A DNA stretch of 62,461 nucleotides, filler included, from Chiloscyllium plagiosum (GCF_004010195.1; 4 parts of one record of this genome joined end to end with filler, not necessarily neighbours in it), one strand, 5' to 3'. Shown: positions 48,520-59,920, counted from the first letter of the whole stretch. The notes: generated by a model not told the origin, from the letters alone. Program-made: numbers and translations.

Positions 48520-51165
48520 GTCAGCTAATCATATAAAAGAAGATGACAAAAGTTTTTTGTTTTAGGTATCTGAAAGGTTAGAGAGAGGGAAGAGTGGACG
48601 TTAGACTGCTGGAAAATGAGGCTGGAGAAGTAGCAATGGGGAACAAAGAAATGGCAGAGTAACTGAGCCGGGACTTTGCATCAGTTTTCATGATGGAAGA
48701 CACTAGCAGTATTACCAGTGTTTTGGCCTTTATTAATAGAGGGATCGAGTTCCGGAACCAGGAGGTTATGCTGCAGCTGTACAAAGCTCTGGTACGGCTG
48801 CACTTGGAGTATTGTGTACAGTTCTGGTCACCGCATTATAAGAAGGGTTTGGAAGCTTTGGAAAGGGTGCAGAGGAGATTTACCAGGATGTTGCCTGGTA
48901 TGGAGGGAAGGTCTTTCGAGGAAAGGCTGATGAGGGCCTTGAGGCTGTTCTCGTTAGAGAGAAGAAGGTTGAGAGGGGACTTAATAGAGACATACAAGAT
49001 AATCAGAGGGTTAGATAGGGTGGACAGGGAGAGCCTTTTTCCAAGTATGGGGACGGCAAATATGAGGGGACACAACTTTAAAGTGAGGGGAGATAGGTAT
49101 AAGACAGATGTCAGACGTAGTTTCTTTACTCAGAGAGTAGTAAGGGTATGGAATGCTTTGCCTGCAACAGTAGTAGATTCGCCAAGTTTAAGTGCATTTA
49201 AGTTGTCATTGGACAAGCATATGGACATACATGAAATAGTGTAGGTGGGATGGGCTTCAGATTGGTATGACGGGGCGGCGCAACATCGAGGGCCGAAGGG
49301 CCTGTACTGTGCTGGAATGTTCTATGTTCTATATACCAGAACTTCGAGAGTCAGGGGTGGAGTGAGTGTAGTGGCCATCACCGAGGAGGAGGTGCTGGAG
49401 AATCTGATAGGTCTGTAAATGGATCAATCATACAGACCACATCTGGACTACACCCCTGATGAAGATATTTCTGGAGATTGAAGAGGCATTGGTGGTAATC
49501 TTTCAGGAATCACTGGAGTCAGGACGGACTCAGGATTGGAAAATAGCTACTGTAAGAAGGGAGGGAGACAGAAGACTGGAAACTGTAGGCCAGTTAGCCT
49601 GACCTTGGTTGTTAAGATTTTGGAGTCCATTAAAGATGGGATTGCAGAGTACATGGACATCTGTGGTAAAGTAGGGCTGAGTCAGCATGGCTTTTCCAAG
49701 GGGAGATCATGCCTGAGCAATCTGTTAGAATTCTTTGAGGAGATTATGAGCAAGTTAGAGAAAGGAGAGCCAGTGGATGTGAACTATTTGAATTTCCAGA
49801 AGGCCTTTGACAAAGTACTACACAGGAGGCTGTTAAAAAAGGTAAGAGCCCATGATGGTATGGGCAAGGTACTGAAATGGATAGAGGATTGGCTGACTGG
49901 CAGAAGGTAGAAAGTGGGGGTAAAGGAACCTTTTTCAAATGGCAGCTGGTGACCAATGGAGTTCCACAGAATTTCATGTTGGGACCACAACTATTCATGT
50001 TCTGCATTAACAGTTTGGAAGAAGGAGCTGAGGGCTTTGTTGCTAAGTTTACAAATGACACAGAGCAAGGTGGAGGGACAGGTAGTGTTGAGGAAATGGG
50101 GAGGCTGCAGAAGGACTTGGACAGGCTGAGTGTGGGTAAAGAATTGACAGATGGAGTACAATGTGAGCAAGTGTGAGGTTTTAAACTTTGGTAGGAAGAA
50201 TAAAGGCATGGACTATTTTCTAAACAGGGAAAGTTTTCAGAAATCTGAAACACTAAGTGACTTGGGAGTCTTAATTCAGGATTCTTTTAAGGTTAACATG
50301 CAGGTTCGGTCAGCACTTAGAAAGGTAAAAGCAAAGTCAGCTTTCATTTCAGGAGAGTTAGAATTGAAGAGCAGAGATGTATTGCTGACGCTGTTGAAGG
50401 CTCTGGTCAGACCACATTTGGAATACTGTGAGCAGTTTTGGTCCCTGTATCTAAGGAAGGATTTTGGAAGGGGTCCAGAGGAAGTTTACAAGAACAACCC
50501 CAGGGATGAAAGGCCTGTCATGAGGAGTAAATGATGAATGATGAGGTCTTGTGGATAGTTGCTGAGCAAAGAGACCTTGGAATGCAGGTTCATAGCTCCT
50601 TGAAAGTGGAGTCAGAGGTAGACAGGATAGTGAAGAAGGCGTTTGGTATGCTTGTCTTTATTGGTCAGTGCATTGAGTATAGGAGTTGGGTGGTTACATT
50701 GGATTGTACAGAACATTGGTTAGGCCACTTTTCGAATACTGTGTTCGATTCCGGTCTCAGTGCTATAGGATGGATGTTCTGAAACTTGAAACGTTTGGAA
50801 AAGATTAACAAGAATGTTGCTGGGATTAAATTCTAAATAAATCTAGTCTCATTTGCCAGCACTCGGTCCATATCCCTCTGAAGCCTTCCTATTCATGTAC
50901 CCATCCAGATGCATTTTAAATGCTGTAATTGTACCAGTCTCCGCCTCTACTTCTGGCATCTCATTCCATACATGCACCATCCTCTGCGTGAAAACATTAC
51001 CCCTTAGGTCCCATTTAAACCTATCCCCTCTTAGCTGAAACCTATACCCTCTAGTTTTGGACACTCATACCGGGGAAAAAGACCTAATCCATTCCCCACA
51101 TGATTTTATAAACCACTGGCTCCGACAGTCAAGGGAAAATAGCCCCGGCCTCTCCCTGCAGCTCA
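48520..51165. mobile_element. CR1 LINE fragments, including a younger CR1 3' end (48719-49333) nested with a TACCAG target-site duplication
   Basis: TACCAG at 48713-48718 and 49334-49339; RT motifs; - strand 3' end at 50840-51165. Confidence 0.87.
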
Positions 51166-51169
51166 AACT

Positions 51170-52060
51170 GGGCTCTTGCTAGTCCTGCTGCTCTGTGACA
51201 GTGTCACTGGGCCCTCACTGTGGGGGCTGGTTAGTCCCCCTGCTCTGTGACAGTGTCACTGGGCTCTCGCTGTGGGGGCTGCTTAGACCCCCTGCTCTGT
51301 GACAGTGTCACTGGGCCCTCACTGTGGGGGCTGGTTAGTCCCCCTGCTCTGTGACAGTGTCACTGGGCCCTCACTGTGGGGGCTGGTTAGTCCCCCTGCT
51401 CTGTGTGACAGTGTCACTGGGCTCGGTGTGGGGGCTGGTTAGTCCCCCTGCTCTGTGACAGTGTCACTGGGCCCTCACTGTGGGAGCTGGTTAGTCCCCC
51501 TGCTCTGTGACAGTGTCACTGGGCCCTCATTGTGGGAGCTGGTTAGTCCCCCTGCTCTGTGACAGTGTCACTGGGCCCTCACTGTGGGAGCTGGTTAGTC
51601 CCCCTGCTCTGTGACAGTGTCAGTGGGCCCTCACTGTGGGGGGCTGGTTAGTCCCCCTGCTCTGTGACAGTGTCACTAGGCTCTCGGTGTGAGGGCTGGT
51701 TAGTCCCCCTGCTCTGTGACAGTGTCACTGGGCTCTCGGTGTGGGGGCTGGTTAGTCCCCCTGCTCTGTGACAGTGTCATTGGGCCCTCACTGTGGGGGG
51801 CTGGTTAGTCCCCCTGCTCTGTGACAGTGTCACTGGGCTCTCGGTGTGGGGGCTGGTTAGTCCCCCTGCTCTGTGACAGTGTCACTGGACCCTCACTGTG
51901 GGAGCTGGTTAGTCCCCCTGCTCTGTGACAGTGTCACTGGGCCCTCACTGTGAGGGCTGGTTAGTCCCCCTGCTCTGTGACAGTGTCACTGGGCCCTCAC
52001 TGTGGGAGCTGGTTAGTCCCCCTGCTCTGTGACAGTGTCACTGGGCCCTCACTGTGGGGG
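51170..52060 (+). repeat. ~52-bp minisatellite (CTGCTCTGTGACAGTGTCACTGGGCCCTCACTGTGGGGGCTGGTTAGTCCCC)n, about 17 copies
   Basis: Read directly; ends about 40 nt before the KLC acceptor. Confidence 0.97.
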
Positions 52061-52114
52061 CAGGCTAATACCCCTCTGTAAGCTGTGCCTTTTCTTTGGC
52101 AGGGTCCCCAGGAC

Positions 52115-52354
52115 ATGTCCACAATGGTTTACCCACGCGATGAGAAACTCAGTCAGGAGGATATCATTTCCAACACCAAGGTGGTGATGCAGGGCCTGGA
52201 GGCTCTGAAGAATGAACATAACTCCATCCTGCACAGTCTGCTGGAGACCATCAGCTGCCTGAAGAAGGATGAGGAAGCCAATCTGGTGCATGAGAAATCC
52301 AACCTCATCAGGAAGTCCGTGGAGATGATCGAGCTGGGGCTCGGAGAGGCTCAG
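52115..52354 (+). CDS. KLC4: Kinesin light chain, first coding exon (probably KLC4)
   Basis: Acceptor tttctttggcag at 52102 with branch-like GCTAAT, ATG at 52115 and donor gtacc. MSTMVYPRDEKLSQEDIISNTKVVMQGLEALKNEHNSILHSLLETISCLKKDEEANLVHEKSNLIRKSVEMIELGLGEAQ is clearly a KLC N-terminus. The KLC4 paralog call rests on LVHEK and on linkage with POLH/GTPBP2. Confidence 0.85.
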
Positions 52355-52401
52355 GTACCAGCAGGGAAGGTGGAGGGGAATCCGCGGAGGGAGAGGGGGA
52401 G

Positions 52402-52501
52402 NNNNNNNNNNNNNNNNNNNNNNNNNNNNNNNNNNNNNNNNNNNNTTAATTAATTAANNNNNNNNNNNNNNNNNNNNNNNNNNNNNNNNNNNNNNNNNNN
52501 N
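52402..52501. other. Assembly gap with artificial TTAATTAATTAA linker
   Basis: 44 N + 12-mer + 44 N. Confidence 0.95.
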
Positions 52502-53050
52502 TTTGTTCAGCAACACTCCCCAGGACCTTGCCATTAAGTGTATAAGTCCTGCTAAGATTTGCTTTCCCAAAATGCAGCACCTCGCATTTATCTAAATTAA
52601 ACTCCATCTGCCACTTCTCAGCCCATTGGCCCATCTGGTCAAGATCCTGTTGTAATCTGAGGTAACCCTCTTCACTGTCCACTACACCTCCAATTTTGGT
52701 GTCCTTTGCAAACTTACTAACTGTACCTCTTATGCTTGCATCCAAATCATTTATGTAAATGACAAAAAGTAGAGGACCCAGCACTGATCCTTGTGGCACT
52801 CCACTGGTCACAGGCCTCCAGTCTGAAAAACAACCCTCTACCACCACCTTCTGTCTTCTACCTTTGACCCTGTTCTGTATCCAAATGGCTAGTTCTCCAT
52901 GTATTCCGTGAGATCTAACCTTGCTAACCAGTCTCCCATGGGGAATCTTGTCAAATGCCTTACTGAAGTCCATATAGATTACATCTACTGTTCTGCCCTC
53001 ATCAATCCTCTTTATTACTTCTTTAAAAAACTCAATCAAGTTTGTGAGAC
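52502..53050 (-). mobile_element. CR1 RT fragment (young subfamily)
   Basis: [32 protein letters not shown], open frame. Confidence 0.92.
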
Positions 53051-53189
53051 ATGATAATTCTGGTTCATGTTCAAATTCAACAAGATCTGGACAGTATCCA
53101 GGGTTGTGCTGAGTGGCAAATAACATTTATACCACACAAGTACCAGACAATGACCATCTCCAATACCAGACAATCTAACCACCACCCAT

Positions 53190-53413
53190 TGACTGAAATA
53201 ACTCCACCGAGTCCCATCACCAAGTCACTCTTTATTTACATATAACCATTCCTTGACTCTAGTACTGCCTCATTCAGAGTCAGCTATCAGAGTGGCAGTA
53301 TCTCTGACACTTACCTTTTTATCTGTCAGCCAGGGCTCCCTGATTGGACCAGATTAACAGCCCCAATTGGGGAACTCATATTCTATGAGGTCTGTCTGGC
53401 TGAGCTTGTTACA
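53190..53413 (-). mobile_element. Probable solo LTR inserted in a LINE
   Basis: TG...CA ends; flanks CCCAT/ACCAT; on - it carries CCAAT, a TATA-like ATAAAAAG and AATAAA; the host LINE resumes on both sides. Confidence 0.55.
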
Positions 53414-55274
53414 ACCATTAGAGTTACCATCACTGAACCCCTCACTATCAACATCCTGGGAGTTACAATTGGCCAGAAAAAAATGAACTTACCACATAAA
53501 CACAGTGGCTACAACAGCAAGTCAGAGGCTACGAATACTGTGATGAGTAACTCACCTCCTGACTCCTCAGAGACTGGCCACCATCTACAAGGTACAAGTC
53601 CACTTGCCTGGATGGTGCAGCTCACGAAGCTTGACACCAACCAAGATAAAGCACCCGATTAATTGGCACATCTATAAGCATCCACTCCCTCCACCACCTA
53701 CACTCAGTCGCAGCAGTGTGTACTATCTGCAAGACACACTGCAAAAATTCACCAAAGATCCTTAGACAGCACCTTCCAAACCCACTTCCATCTAGAAGGA
53801 GAAGGGCAGCAGATGGGAACACCACCTCTGCAAGTTCCCCTCCAAGCCACTCACCATCCTGACATGGAAATATATCACTGTTTCTTAAGTGTCGCTGGAT
53901 CAAAATCCCAGAATTCCTTCCTTAATGGCATTGGGGATCTACCTACAGTACATGGACAGCAGCAGTTCAAGAAGCTACTTTCACACCACCTTCTCAAGAG
54001 CAATCCCAATGAGCAATAAATGCCGGCCCAGCCAGCAAAATGAGCATCCTACAAGCAAATTTTAAAAATCCCAGTTAGTTGCATTATTTGATTCCAACCA
54101 GCCAAAACCAAGCAGACAATGCAAACACAAGAGAGACTTTCTTAATGCTCAGATTCTAAAGGAAACTTTCTCTTTCTCTCCTTCCCTCTCATCACCATTG
54201 CCCTCTCCTCATCCCTCCCTCAAACATGAAGAATGCTAACTTGAGTGATGTGCCTGAGCAACTGGTACACAGAATGAGTCCTCACTCGTCAGACAACAAA
54301 GAAAAAAACAGGCCAGCGAACAAATCCTTCACTGTTACATAATTATTGTCTCCATATTTAATATCTCCGCTAAAATCCATTTTCACTATGGATGGAATTA
54401 ATGGGTTTCTATTGACTCATGCTTCTATGACCACAAGATTACTGAAAAACAAGAGGAACAGATAGATAACTGTACCTGTTCAAACTAATTCTAAGCCATT
54501 CTCCTGCTTCGAGTTAGGGGTGATTTCATTCAAAAAGATGAAGGAATGGCACTGGTCAGCAAAGAATGGACTATTTCTAGTGATTTGAGTGATTTAGGAA
54601 AAGAACAGTAAGGCGTTCGACAAGGTTCCCCATGGGAGACTGATTAGCAAGGTTAGATCTCATGGAATACAGGGAGAACTAGCCATTTGGATACAGAACT
54701 GGCTCAAAGGTAGAAGACAGAGGATGGTGGTGGAGGGTTGTTTTTCAGGCTGGAGGCCTCTGACCGGTGGAGTGCCACAAGGATCGGTGCTGGGTCCTCT
54801 ACATTTTTGTCATTTACATAAATGATTTGGATGCGAGCACAAGAGGTACAGTTAGTAAGTTTGCAAATGACACCAAAATTGGAGGTGTAGTGGACAGCGA
54901 AGAAGGTTACCTCAGGGAGTGGGATGGCGGGGAAGTGGGTGGAGAGGGAGTGGGTGGAGAGGGAGTGGGATGGACGGGGAGTGGGTGGAGCAACTCTGGG
55001 ACTGAGTGAGAGTGAGATGGTGAGTGAGTGGCTTTACCAGCTACTATAATAGGAAGCCAGTGGGTTGGGAAGACAGTGGAATGGAAAGATAGTGAAGTCT
55101 TTTTGATTCTCTTTTTTATGATTCGTTGTAGGCCTAGATTGCTGGTCAGTTGAGAGCACAGCACTTCCCTTCTCTCCAGGCCAAAGATCAATGCTCTAAA
55201 TAAGAGAGAGAGAAGACGGGGAAAGAGAAAGAAGCTAAATGATCGGAATAGAAAATCTATATAGAAGGCCGGAA

Positions 55275-55445
55275 GTCACAGGTTTATTTGAAATCACAAG
55301 CTTTCAGGGTGTTGCTCCTTCTACCTGATGAAGAAACAGCGCTCCAAAAGCTTGTGATTTCAGATGAACCTATTGGACTATAACCTGGTGTCATCTGATT
55401 TCTGACCTTGTCCACTACAGTCCAACAGTAGCAACGCCACATCAT
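55275..55445. mobile_element. Palindromic Penelope-like terminal-repeat element with hammerhead-like core
   Basis: TAC-CTGATGA-AGAAACAGCGCTCC-AAAA-GCTT-GTG with an inverted partner upstream; same family as 58914-59097. Confidence 0.65.
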
Positions 55446-55484
55446 CTTAAAAGGACAAAGAGATACATCTACATGAGGAAATGA

Positions 55485-56178
55485 TGCAAGTTCATAGCTC
55501 CTTGAAAGTGGAGTCGCAGGTAGATAGGATAGTGAAGAAAGTGTTTGGTATGCTTTCCTTTATTGGTCAGAGTATTGAGTACATGAGTTGGAGGTCATGT
55601 TGCAACTGTACAGGGCATTGGTTAGGCCACTGTTGGAATATTGCATGCAATTTTGGTCTCCTTCCTATCGGAAAGATGTTGTGAAACTTGAAAGCGTTCA
55701 GAAAAGATTTACAAGGTGGTTGCCAGGGTTGAAGGACTTGAGCTATAGGCTGAGGCTGAACAGGCTGGGGCTGTTTTCCCTGCAGCATTGGAGGCTGAGG
55801 GGTGATCTTATAGAGGTTTACAAAATTATGAGGGGCATGGAAAGGGTAAATAGGCAAAGTCTTTTCTCTGAGGTTGGGGAGTCCAGACCTAAAGGGCATA
55901 GGTTTAGGGTGAGAGGGGAAAGATATAAAAGAGACCTACGGGGCAATGTTTTCACACAGATGTGGTATGGGCATGGAATGAGCTGCCATAGGAAGTGGTG
56001 GAGGCTGGTACAATTGCAACATTTAAGAGGAATTTGGATGGGTATATGAAATGGAAGGGTTTGGAGAGAATGTGGGCCGGGTGCTGACAGGTGGGAGTAG
56101 ATTAGTTTGGGATACCTGGTCAGCATGGACGGGTTGGACCGAAGGGTCTGTTTCCATGCTGTACATCTCTTTGACTCT
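55485..56178 (+). mobile_element. CR1 LINE 3' end
   Basis: LYRALVRPLLEYCMQFWSP...RGDLIEVYKI plus 3' UTR. Confidence 0.92.
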
Positions 56179-57270
56179 AGATCAGGATAAACCATTTTAC
56201 ACAAAGAGTTATGAAAACTGTGGAATGAGTGAGTGCATCAGTGATTGCAGCAGAGATCATGTCAACATTTCAAAACAGATTCGCTGGATCATCATAGGAA
56301 AAGGGACCAACAAATTCAGTAACGGAGTGTGTACAGGATATTGGAACTATCACTCATGCAGAGAATGTAAACTATCACAGCCTGTGTGGCCCATCTCAGT
56401 GTGGAGTTTTTATTTAATTCTGCATGCGTAATTTTCCATTCACTTAAGTAGTGTGAACAGTTGTGAAGAAGTTAGGAAAATACAATAAAAATGGAAACAT
56501 TCTATTTTTGATACCAAGAACAAGGAAAGTCTGATTATCCCATGAGGTTTAATTGACAAGTTCTAAATCCTACTAATGAGCAGTGACTACCTTATTTTCA
56601 TACATTTGCATCTCTTTATCAGCCCAATGTTTTATTTCTATACAGCTTCCAGTTCTCTGAGAAAATAAATGGCACCAAATCCGATTACAGAAGTCAGAGT
56701 GCTAATCTGGCAGCAGCAACTTGCACATCGATCTCCAGACCTTCAGACAAGACTATCTTCACCACAGATGCCTGCATGCTCCATGGACACTGGCCTTTTC
56801 CACACAAGTCAGCATTGCACTCACACCTGCTTTCATGCTAACTCACACACCACTTCAGCCCATCACTTTGGAGCTGAGGAACAATTATGACTTGCATGCT
56901 TCTACCAGTTCACTTTGACACAAGGGCATTCACATCTCATGCATCTATACATGATGTATCTTCTGACTCTTAGTTTACTTTGTTAGCACTAACTCACTTT
57001 GCACTTACTGGGAAGCTCCCAGCCCCCAGACTCTGTGCCTTGCCTTGCCTTGCCTTGCTTTATTATTGCAGAAGGAGGGGCAAACAGCCTGTCACAGTTT
57101 GGAAGATTGAACAGCCAAGGGGGTGGACGTATTGCTGTACGGTACAGAGTTAAGTTGGACCTACAACAAGGCCAGCAGCTCACACAGAAAATGCATCAAG
57201 CAAATAGTTTAACTCCCTCCCAACCCCTTATCGATAGTACAGCCATCTCTGGTAAGCCTATCCTGTGTAT

Positions 57271-57904
57271 CACTAAGGGAGGGTAACTGTACTGTCTAGG
57301 AATTTATGAGGTATAAGACAATAGCTGTAGGGATAGAGACTTTTTGATTTGCTTTGATTTATTCTTGTCACATGTACGTAGGTACAGTGAAAGGTTTGTG
57401 TGTGTAGAGCATAGGCAGATCATACTATACAAAATACATTTGGGGAATAGAACAGAGCGAGGAATACAATGAGCATAGACAAGGAGCATAAACAGAGAGA
57501 TCAATAGGCCTTGACTTGTACTTATTCTGTTGTTTCTCAGTTAATCCTTCCTTCCAAAAAAAACCCTTTTTAATCATGAGTGAATTGATCCACCAATTCC
57601 CTGTGATGTCACTGTTTGCTTCCCCCAGTCAGCAGTTCCTGAAGTCATATTAAACTATCCCTCTACTCTCTCAATATATCCTCTTAATTCATCGTCTCTT
57701 GCTGCTGCATTGCAGGTGAAGTGATCTACTCTGTTCCCCTTTATTTATTTTGCTTGTTGCAAAGAATTCAAATACATTTGTTAGCCATGGACCTATGGTA
57801 CATGTGACAATAATAAATCAAATCAAATCAAAAAGTCTCTATCCCTACAGCTATTGTCTTATACCTCATAAATTCCTAGACAGTACAGTTACCCTCCCTT
57901 AGTG
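57271..57904. repeat. Long inverted repeat, arms 57271-57377 and 57798-57904
   Basis: 107-bp arms with 2 mismatches (outer 81 bp identical); 420-bp spacer. Confidence 0.93.
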
Positions 57905-57907
57905 GCA

Positions 57908-58454
57908 TGGGCGGCATGGTGGCACAGTAGTTAGCACTGCTGCCTCACAGCGCTAGAGACCCGGGTTCAATTCCCACCTCAGTTCACGCAGAGTGTGGTA
58001 CGTGTATGGAATGAGCTGCCAGAGGATGTGGTGGAGGCTGGTACAATTGCAACATTTGGATGGGTATATGAATGGGGGGGTTTGGAGGGATGTGGGCCGG
58101 CTGCTGGCAGGTGGGACTGGATTGGGTTGGGATATCTGGTCGGCATGGATGGGTTGGACCGAAGGGTCTGTTTCCATGCTGTACATCTCTATGACTCTAT
58201 GACTCAGGCAACTCTCTGTGTGGAGTTTGCACATTCTCCCCGTGTCTGTGTGGGTTTCCTCCGGGTGCTCCGGTTTCCTCCCACAATCCAAAAATGTGCA
58301 GGTTAGGTGAATTGGCCATAATAAATTGCCCGTAGTGTTAGGTGAAGGGGTAAATGTAGGGGAATGGGTCTGGGTGGGTCGCACTTTGGCGGGTCGATGT
58401 GGACTTGTTGGGCCAAAGAGCCTGTTTCCACACTGTAAGTAATCTAATCTAATC
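57908..58454 (+). mobile_element. HE1-like SINE interrupted by a CR1 3' fragment (about 57983-58202, CTCAG duplication)
   Basis: SINE head 57908-57982; body resumes at about 58203; (AATCT)n tail. Confidence 0.85.
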
Positions 58455-58913
58455 ATGATTTCCCCCTCATGAAGCCATGCTGACTCTGTTTAATCATATT
58501 AAGCATTTCTAAAGCTGTGGCTGTGGAAAATGTTAGTCTGTTATAAAGGATCTAACAGCAGTGGATGCAATAGATTTGAATTTTCTGAAGATGCTTGATA
58601 AGGTATCATACATGAGGCTACCTACTAAGATAAGAGTCCAAGGGGGCAGTGTATTAGTGTGAATAGAGGACTGGGTAACTAATAAAAGATAGAGAGTTTG
58701 GATAAAGGGGGCATTTTCAGGATCAGGGATCAGGACCGGAGTCACAATGATTTACAACATACATTAATGATTTGGATGAGGAATGTGAATGTGCCATAAC
58801 CAAATTTGCAGATGACACAAGTTCCTTTGATATGATTCTGTGATTGTGATTAGTGTATGGAAAAGCTCTCCCAGTTTTGACACACAATAATAGTAAGAAG
58901 GGCATGCACGATT

Positions 58914-59097
58914 GTTAAAAATCACACAACACCAGGTTATAGTCCAACAGGGTTAATTGGAAGCACACTAGCTTTCGGAGCACCACTCCTACATCATGTG
59001 ATTGTCCAAAATCCAATTAAACCTGTTGGACTATAACCTGGTGTTGTGTGATTTTTAACTTTGTACACCCCAGTCCAACCCCGGCATCTCCAAATCC
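58914..59097. mobile_element. Palindromic Penelope-like element with 48-bp arms, hammerhead-like core and 11-bp TSD
   Basis: Arms 58914-58961 and 59012-59059 (1 mismatch); flanks TGCACGATTGT (58905-58915) and TGCAGGATTGT (59098-59108). Confidence 0.7.
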
Positions 59098-59299
59098 TGC
59101 AGGATTGTAGTTGCTTCTGGTGCCCAGGGGATGTGGGATCTGTCTAGTTTCATCCCTTACACTGGTGTCTTCGTGAGTCAACCTCATTAATCTGTTTACT
59201 TAACTACATTACTGAAATCAACCAGAAGATTTTTTTTATTTAAAGCAATAACTTGAGATATTAATTAGCTGTGTTTTTCATTAAATTCAAATTAGACCA

Positions 59300-59920
59300 T
59301 AATATATAAGGCACAGGAGCAGAAATTAGGCCACTCAGCCCATTGAGTCTGCTCCATATTCAATCATGGCTGGTAAGTTTCTCAACCCCATTCTCCTGCT
59401 TTCTCCCTGTAACCTTTGATCCCCTTGACAAACAAGAATCTATCTATCTCTGTCTCAAATGTACTCACTGATCTGGCCTCCACAGCCTTCTGTGGCAATT
59501 AATTCCATAGATTCACCCTTCTCTGGCTGAAGAAATTTCTCCTCATCTTCATTCTAAAGGGCCTTCCCTTTACTCTAAGGCTGTTCCCTCGAGTTCTAGT
59601 CTCTCCTGTTAATGGAAACATATTCCTAATGTCCACTTTGTCCAGGCCATTCAGTATTCTGTATGTTTCAACTAGATCCCCAACCACTCCCCATCCTTCT
59701 AAACTCCACTGAGAACAGACCCAGAATCCTCAAACATTCCTCACATGTTAAGCCTTTCATTCCTGGGATCATCCTCATGAATCTCCTATGGACCCTCTCC
59801 AGAGCCAGTACATCTTTCTAGAGGTATGCTGCCTAAAATTGCTCACAATATTCTAAATGTGGTCTGACCAGAGCCATATAAAGCCTCACAAGTACATTTC
59901 TGCTTTTATATTCTCGTCCT
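59300..59920 (-). mobile_element. CR1 LINE 3' end
   Basis: GDLVETYRIL...TRGNSLRV...RNFFSQR on -. Confidence 0.88.

Noticed and set aside
51170..52060. CRISPR-like array of palindromic repeats (also 24982-25430)
   Set aside because: No unique spacers, no cas genes, and a vertebrate context; these are ordinary minisatellites.
51200..52060. RAG recombination signal heptamers (CACTGTG = CACAGTG on -) in most units
   Set aside because: No ACAAAAACC-like nonamer at 12 or 23 nt spacing and no V/D/J segments nearby.
57271..57904. Confident CACTA transposon call
   Set aside because: The termini fit, but there is no 3-bp TSD and the arms include a LINE tail; kept only as an inverted duplication.
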